This document shows, piece after piece, positions 58,323 through 64,000 of a stretch of 64,000 nucleotides of DNA. The notes under the pieces were generated by a model, which saw only the letters and a program-made list of their open reading frames with translations, had not been told where the DNA came from and made no database searches. The translations under genes and the position numbers were made by a program. The DNA is from an uncultured Dehalococcoidales bacterium (GTDB taxonomy: Bacteria; Chloroflexota; Dehalococcoidia; Lucifugimonadales; Lucifugimonadaceae). The DNA lies in NCBI GenBank assembly GCA_964472915.1, contig CAYYMP010000002.1, positions 240 through 64,239 on the forward strand, written 5' to 3'. Numbering within the stretch: the first letter of the stretch is position 1; the number at the start of each line of letters is the position of its first letter.

Positions 58323-60175
58323 TGTGCGGAATATTTGCCTATTCAGGTGACGAAAGTGCCGTTCCGCACTTGCTCGCAGGATTGAAAGCGGTTGAATACC
58401 GCGGCTACGACTCTGCTGGAATATCAGTAATCGACGAAACGGACGCCATTCGCACGATCAAGCACGGCGATCATAAGGCTTCACTTTCGAATCTTTCAAA
58501 AACCGCGACTGACTCCCAACTTGAGGGCAATTGTGGGATTGGGCATACGCGATGGGCCACTCACGGTGAGGTAAACGATCAAAACTCTCACCCTCATCAG
58601 TCGAGCGACGGCAACGTTTCGATCGCCCACAACGGGATTGTCGAGAATTACATCGAGCTGAAAGACAGCTTGGCCAGTCGAGGTGTCGAGTTTTCTTCTG
58701 AAACTGATTCTGAAGTAATTGCTCACTATGTTGGCGAAGCAGTTTCTGAAGGTCGTTCATTGAGAGAAGCAGTTCTGGAAACTGCCAGAATTATTCGAGG
58801 AAACACGGCGATCGTAGCTGTTTCCAGCAAGGAACCGGGGCAGATCGTAGGACTCAGGGTCGGTAACGCTGGTGGGATTGTTGCCGGCACTGGGGATGGC
58901 GTGTCGGTAATGGCATCAGATCCGATAGCACTTCTACCTCACGTATCAGAAGTTGTGTACCTCGAACCGGGTGAAGTGATCGAAATCAACAAGGGAACGT
59001 TGTCGATATTTGATCTAGACGGAAATGAAGTCTCGAAGACTGCAGTTCAGCTAAACCAGGATTTTGAAGCTGCTCAGAAGGGGAATCATCCCCACTTCAT
59101 GTCGAAGGAGATAGCCGAGCAACCAGATGCTGTCCATGGTTCTCTTCGTGGACGAGCTGATTTCACGAGATCTCAACAGACACTTCCAGAATTTGGTCTT
59201 AGTGAAGCCGCAATCCTGAAACTAAACCGTGTGGTGCTTACCGGGATGGGCACTTCGCTTCATGCCGCCATGTTCGGTGCGCAGGTCATTGAGTCACTTG
59301 CTCGCATTCCAACAACCGCAGAAAACTCCTCGGAGCTGCGGTACAGGAATCCTGTACTCGACAAAAACACTCTTGTGATCGCGATTACACAGTCTGGTGA
59401 AACGGCCGACACTCTTGCAGCAATGGAATCGGCTCGCGAAGCCGGCTGTCCGCAAGCGGTTGTTCTCGAAGCTGAAGGCACGCAGGCGACTCGAGTTGCC
59501 AATTTCACGCTTCCGGTAAGAGTTGGACAGGAAATAGGAGTTGCCTCAACCAAAACGCTCGTCGGAAGTATGACGGTCCTGCTTCAACTTGCGATCGTGC
59601 TGGCGAAAGCGCGTGGCGAGATATCTCGAGAAGAAGAAGCTGGGTATGTACAAAATCTAGCAGAACTTCCAGCGCTAGTGGCAAATGTTCTCGACCTTGA
59701 AGAGCAGATCAAAGAGCTTTCAAGTTGGCTTTGCGATTTTGATGATTTGCTCTATCTCGGCCGAGCTGCCCAACTACCGATCGCAATGGAAGGCGCTCTC
59801 AAGATGAAAGAGCTGGCCTACATTCACGCAGAAGGGTACGCGGCTGGCGAAATGAAGCATGGGGTCAACGCACTACTCGGCCCAGACATGGCAACGGTAG
59901 TTTGTGCGCCCCAGAACGGACTCAACGAAAAGATGGTGTCAAACATCTCGGAAGTCAAAGCGCGTGGTGGTGAAGTACTGGCTTTGGCAACAACGGGGGA
60001 CACTGTTATCGACCGTGTCGCCGATCACGTTCTATATGTGCCGGAATGCCCGGAGCTACTTCAGCCATTTGCCACACTTATTCCGTTACAAATGCTTGCT
60101 TATCACACGGCGCTCGCCCTTGGTCGAGATCCGGATAAGCCACGCAATCTGGCGAAAACGGTCACTGTCGAGTAA
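58322..60175 (+). CDS. glmS: Glutamine-fructose-6-phosphate transaminase
   Basis: MCGI, EYRGYDSAG, HTRWATHG, QSGETADT, PRNLAKTVTVE. Confidence 0.97.
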   Translation: MCGIFAYSGDESAVPHLLAGLKAVEYRGYDSAGISVIDETDAIRTIKHGDHKASLSNLSKTATDSQLEGNCGIGHTRWATHGEVNDQNSHPHQSSDGNVSIAHNGIVENYIELKDSLASRGVEFSSETDSEVIAHYVGEAVSEGRSLREAVLETARIIRGNTAIVAVSSKEPGQIVGLRVGNAGGIVAGTGDGVSVMASDPIALLPHVSEVVYLEPGEVIEINKGTLSIFDLDGNEVSKTAVQLNQDFEAAQKGNHPHFMSKEIAEQPDAVHGSLRGRADFTRSQQTLPEFGLSEAAILKLNRVVLTGMGTSLHAAMFGAQVIESLARIPTTAENSSELRYRNPVLDKNTLVIAITQSGETADTLAAMESAREAGCPQAVVLEAEGTQATRVANFTLPVRVGQEIGVASTKTLVGSMTVLLQLAIVLAKARGEISREEEAGYVQNLAELPALVANVLDLEEQIKELSSWLCDFDDLLYLGRAAQLPIAMEGALKMKELAYIHAEGYAAGEMKHGVNALLGPDMATVVCAPQNGLNEKMVSNISEVKARGGEVLALATTGDTVIDRVADHVLYVPECPELLQPFATLIPLQMLAYHTALALGRDPDKPRNLAKTVTVE

Positions 60176-60252
60176 CCGGTGCTGGCTACAGGCATTTATC
60201 GGGCGTAATATGCCCGCCTGCCAGTAACTCTCCTCAAGGCGCCACGTAGCTT

Positions 60253-61524
60253 TTGCAACCACAATCTGACTCCCAGTCCTCCTCTGTTCTTAAGCAACGC
60301 CTTATCGTAAAACTCGGAGCACTCTCCAACCCTGTCTATCGTCGTTACTGGCTCGGATCCCTGGCTTCTGTTGGTGCAATTCAGATCGCCCAAATGGCGC
60401 AGCAATGGCTGATCGTAGACGGACTGGGTGGTTCGGCACTCTCACTGGGCTACCTCGGAGCCGCAACTTCGATCCCGACCATCATCGTCACTTTGTTCGG
60501 CGGTGTACTTGCTGACAGGTTTGATCGCCGACTGTTGATGATCGGGGTGTCAGTCGCCTCGACGGCTCTTTTGCTGGTACTTGCGATTCTTGACTCAACA
60601 GGCGTGGTCCAAATCTGGCACGTCGTTGTAATTGCCTCGATTCATGGTCTGGTGATGGGCTTTGACGGACCTGTGCGAAGTTCGTACTTTCCGTTACTGA
60701 TCGACAAACATCACATGATGAGCGCAGTCGCACTTGGTTCAGTAATGTGGCAATTCAGTCGACTGGTCACCCCGATTCTGGGTGGTCTGCTTATTACCTA
60801 CGGTGGCACTGAGTCAGTGTTCTACGTTGGTGTGCTCGGTTGGCTGAGTATGTTGGTGGTGATTATTTCGATTCGTCTTTCGACCCCGGCTCCATCCACC
60901 CAGAGAAACGTTGTTCGAGACATGAAAGAGGGGATTCTGTTCATCCTCGGACGCAGAGACTTTGTTCTGTTGATAGGCCTCACCTATTGCACGCATTTCT
61001 TTGGCATGCAGTACCTGCAGTTGATGCCGCTGTTTGCTCAACGATTAGGCAGAGATGCCGACGGATTCGGAATCATGCTCTCTGCACTTGGGCTAGGAGC
61101 TCTCACTGGTACATTCATCGTAGGGCGAGTTCGTAACCATCCGAGAGTCGGACTCATCATGATCTTCGGCTCACTGAGCTTCACGGTGCTGATCGCCACG
61201 TTTGCGTATACCGGGATATTTAGTCTTGGCCTGGTATTCCTGTATTTCGCAGGGCTGGCAAACACGATTTACTTTGTGATTGCCATGACTGTGCTTCAGT
61301 TGCGGGTGCCTGAGCAAATGCGCGGTCGGGTAATGGGCATTTACACAATTACGTTCAGTCTCATCCCTCTGGGTGGAATGATGGGTGGATTTGTGGCATC
61401 GATTTACGATGAACGCATAGCTGTCGTAGTTGGTTCAAGCATCCTTGCCGCTATTTTCGTACTTGTTGCCGTAACTCAACCTGTCGTACGCAACCTTGAT
61501 GGACGCCGACTCGCTGAGAGCTAA
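60253..61524 (+). CDS. MFS transporter
   Basis: About 12 TM segments, GGVLADRFDRR, RGRVMG. Confidence 0.9.
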   Translation: MQPQSDSQSSSVLKQRLIVKLGALSNPVYRRYWLGSLASVGAIQIAQMAQQWLIVDGLGGSALSLGYLGAATSIPTIIVTLFGGVLADRFDRRLLMIGVSVASTALLLVLAILDSTGVVQIWHVVVIASIHGLVMGFDGPVRSSYFPLLIDKHHMMSAVALGSVMWQFSRLVTPILGGLLITYGGTESVFYVGVLGWLSMLVVIISIRLSTPAPSTQRNVVRDMKEGILFILGRRDFVLLIGLTYCTHFFGMQYLQLMPLFAQRLGRDADGFGIMLSALGLGALTGTFIVGRVRNHPRVGLIMIFGSLSFTVLIATFAYTGIFSLGLVFLYFAGLANTIYFVIAMTVLQLRVPEQMRGRVMGIYTITFSLIPLGGMMGGFVASIYDERIAVVVGSSILAAIFVLVAVTQPVVRNLDGRRLAES

Positions 61525-61527
61525 GCA

Positions 61528-62745
61528 TTGACCACTTCCAGCGCCCTCAAGGTTCCAAAATTCAGGATCTACTTCCTTGGAACCTCGCTTGCAATGAACG
61601 CCCTACGGCTCGGGGCGGTCGCACAGGCGCTTCTGATTTGGGATCTTACCGGCTCGACGCTCAGTCTCGGCGTGGTCGCCGCGGCCTCGGCACTACCAAT
61701 GATGCTCATCAATGTTTTCGGTGGGGTGATGGCGGATCGATTCGAAGCAAAGAACTTATTGTCATTTACGTCACTGGTAGGCGCTGCGCTCCTGATCGTG
61801 CTTGGGGTTCTTGATGCAACTAACGTGGTTCGACCGTGGCACGTGTTCGTTATCGCAATTTTGACCGGGCTGATATCTGGCGCAGACCCTCCCGCTCGTC
61901 AGGCGTACTTTCCATCTCTCGTCCCGAGTTCTGCGTTGAAAAGCGCTGTCACGATAAATGGCTCATTGCTCGCATCGGCGTCGATCGTTGCACCCACTTT
62001 AGGTGGGCTTTTAATCGCTGTCACAAATACTTCGATAGGTTTTTTCGTCGCAGCAATCGGCTGGTTCTCGATGTTCTTGGTGACTCTTGTCCTGCCAGGT
62101 CGTGGGACGATTGATCGCCAACGAAGTGTTCTCAAGGAATTGACCACAGGATTTGTTTTCATTCGCTCTCACCGAGTGCTGCTCGTGTTGGCAATTCTTG
62201 TGTTTTCGAACATGTTGATGGGCTTCGGTTGGATTGGTGTTCTACCTGCGTACGTTGACCGATTTGGAGGTGGTGAACGTGAAGTAGGGTTTGTGTTCTC
62301 GTCGGCAGGAGTAGGGGCGTTTACAGGCATCCTTGTTGCCGGGCGGTTATCTCTAGGCAAGCACTATGGTCGTGTCACTCTTGCCGCTGCTGCTTTGTTC
62401 TCATCAGTGATGCTTGCCGTTTCGGTTTCTCCCATACTCGCTCTCGGAATGGCTCTCGCGCTCATAGCCCACTTTGGGAACGGGTTTTTCAATATTTCAG
62501 CAGTAGTGGCGGTACAACTGAGAGTTCCTGAAGACATTCGAGGTCGAGTGATGGGCGTTTTCGCCATCTCTCAGAGTGTTGGATTGCTTGGAGGATTGTG
62601 GACCGGAACACTGGCGGACCTGTTCGGCATTAAGACCGGCATGCTGGTCGGGCCAATTATTCTGCTCACGATGATTTCGTTGATTTTTGTCACTCAGAAG
62701 TCGGTCAGAATGCTCCACGAAAACCCTGAGTTGGATGCCACATAA
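61528..62745 (+). CDS. MFS transporter (tandem paralog)
   Basis: GGVMADRF, PARQA, RGRVMG. Confidence 0.9.
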   Translation: MTTSSALKVPKFRIYFLGTSLAMNALRLGAVAQALLIWDLTGSTLSLGVVAAASALPMMLINVFGGVMADRFEAKNLLSFTSLVGAALLIVLGVLDATNVVRPWHVFVIAILTGLISGADPPARQAYFPSLVPSSALKSAVTINGSLLASASIVAPTLGGLLIAVTNTSIGFFVAAIGWFSMFLVTLVLPGRGTIDRQRSVLKELTTGFVFIRSHRVLLVLAILVFSNMLMGFGWIGVLPAYVDRFGGGEREVGFVFSSAGVGAFTGILVAGRLSLGKHYGRVTLAAAALFSSVMLAVSVSPILALGMALALIAHFGNGFFNISAVVAVQLRVPEDIRGRVMGVFAISQSVGLLGGLWTGTLADLFGIKTGMLVGPIILLTMISLIFVTQKSVRMLHENPELDAT

Positions 62746-62775
62746 CAATCTGGCTCGAATATAGTTTTTAAGCCG

Positions 62776-63876
62776 ATGGCAGCAACTCCCGAGAAGACAA
62801 AACCCGACCTACATAGCATCCGAATACGACTGGAAGATCGTGAAAAGATGCTGTCCCCGTTCGCGTCGAAATCTATCGACGCGGTTCGAGCGATTGATGA
62901 GGAACCTGCTCCAACTCGAACGGCGTTCCAACGAGACCGGGACCGGGTGATTCACACCAACTCATTTCGACGTCTTAAGCACAAAAGCCAGGTATTCGTT
63001 GCTCCACAAGGTGACCATTTCACGACCCGCCTGACACACGTGATCGAAGTGGCGCAGGTTGGTCGTTCGATCGCCCGTGGGCTGAATCTGAACGAGGATC
63101 TAGTCGAAGCTATCGGGCTTGGCCACGATCTTGGTCACACCCCATTCGGACATATAGGTGAGAGCGTTTTAAACCAGGTCTTGACGGATGGATTCCATCA
63201 CAGTCGACACTCTGTCCGTCTTATCACTCAACTTGAAAAAGACGGCAAGGGACTCAACCTCACTGAGCACGTAGTTGACGGAATTCGAAAACACTCAAAG
63301 CCAGAAGGAAAATTCCTTTCAAAAGAAGCTGTCGAGAATCTGACTCTCGAAGCACAAATTGTCCGAATTTCTGATGCCCTGGCGTACCTTGCTCACGACA
63401 TTCAAGATGCCCTGCGTTCTGATTTTTTTACCGTTGACGAGCTGCCGAGCGACGCCATAGACGCACTTGGATTTCGGCACTCTCAACGAATCGACGCCGT
63501 GGTCAAAGACGTGATCGAGTCATCATGGGACTGCACTGGTGAAGTTGATCTCCCTGAGGGTGAAACACCGTGGATTCGGATGTCAGGTGAGTTAGGAAAG
63601 ATCGTCACGGATCTTCGAGTGTTTATGTTCGAGCGTTTCTACCACCCGATCAGCAACTCAGTCGAAGGTAGAAAAGCAGCCGCGATCGTTGGAGTGTTGT
63701 TCGAACATTTCACACGTAACCCGGATGAAATACCTGCCTGGATTCGTGAACTTTCTGGTTCGATCGACCGATCTGCTGCCGACTACGTTTGCGGAATGAC
63801 CGACAACTACGCGTTGCTCAAGGCAGAAGAAATTCGCCCCGGTCTTAGTGCTGGCGTATTTCAGGGTCGCATCTAA
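62776..63876 (+). CDS. dgt: dGTP triphosphohydrolase (HD domain)
   Basis: FQRDRDRV, FRRLKHKSQV, RLTH, GHDLGHTPFGH, DYVCGMTD. Confidence 0.93.
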   Translation: MAATPEKTKPDLHSIRIRLEDREKMLSPFASKSIDAVRAIDEEPAPTRTAFQRDRDRVIHTNSFRRLKHKSQVFVAPQGDHFTTRLTHVIEVAQVGRSIARGLNLNEDLVEAIGLGHDLGHTPFGHIGESVLNQVLTDGFHHSRHSVRLITQLEKDGKGLNLTEHVVDGIRKHSKPEGKFLSKEAVENLTLEAQIVRISDALAYLAHDIQDALRSDFFTVDELPSDAIDALGFRHSQRIDAVVKDVIESSWDCTGEVDLPEGETPWIRMSGELGKIVTDLRVFMFERFYHPISNSVEGRKAAAIVGVLFEHFTRNPDEIPAWIRELSGSIDRSAADYVCGMTDNYALLKAEEIRPGLSAGVFQGRI

Positions 63877-64000
63877 AAGTCACCAAAAAATACCCCCGGA
63901 AAAATCCCACGGGGAAATGATCGCCCTTATACTCGGTGTACCGTTCGCCTATCCGAATCCGTGTGGTCGTGAACGAGTGACATCGACCCTGGGATTTCTA

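Noticed and set aside
60253-62745. Tandem MFS pair as a novel system
   Set aside because: Ordinary diverged paralogs with no context indicating a special function.

Overview
A gene-dense, mid-GC bacterial chromosomal window, mostly core metabolism. Gene content and order (rpmB divergent from DAK2-degV-recG, N-terminally extended RecG, tandem MFS paralogs) suggest Chloroflexota, probably Dehalococcoidia/SAR202-like; this is an inference, not a database result. It carries arginine (argJ/B/D/G/H), lysine/threonine (lysC, thrB, lysA), lipid (fakA/B-like, plsY, plsC) and DNA (recG, recF, holB, dgt, mazG) genes, a four-subunit 2-oxoacid:ferredoxin oxidoreductase, a diheme FrdCAB and tRNA-Pro(CGG). 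Features the ORF track misses or splits: two UGA-recoded selenoproteins with SECIS-like hairpins (DUF3179 with UPLC; SelD with CAGUAGK), a frameshifted GNAT gene, a partial 7TM sensor at the left edge, and a decayed att-like copy of the tRNA-Pro 3' half flanking a 2.2 kb osmC+corC islet. Best candidates for undescribed biology: (i) a GT-B glycosyltransferase-like protein lacking the EX7E motif, fused to an acidic tail with eight xx(Q/E)DAISALF motifs resembling the CheY-P-binding peptides of FliM/CheZ; (ii) a flavoprotein resembling animal OSGIN1/2; (iii) a branched RNA structure upstream of argJ. No CRISPR array, rRNA, integrase or transposase was seen.
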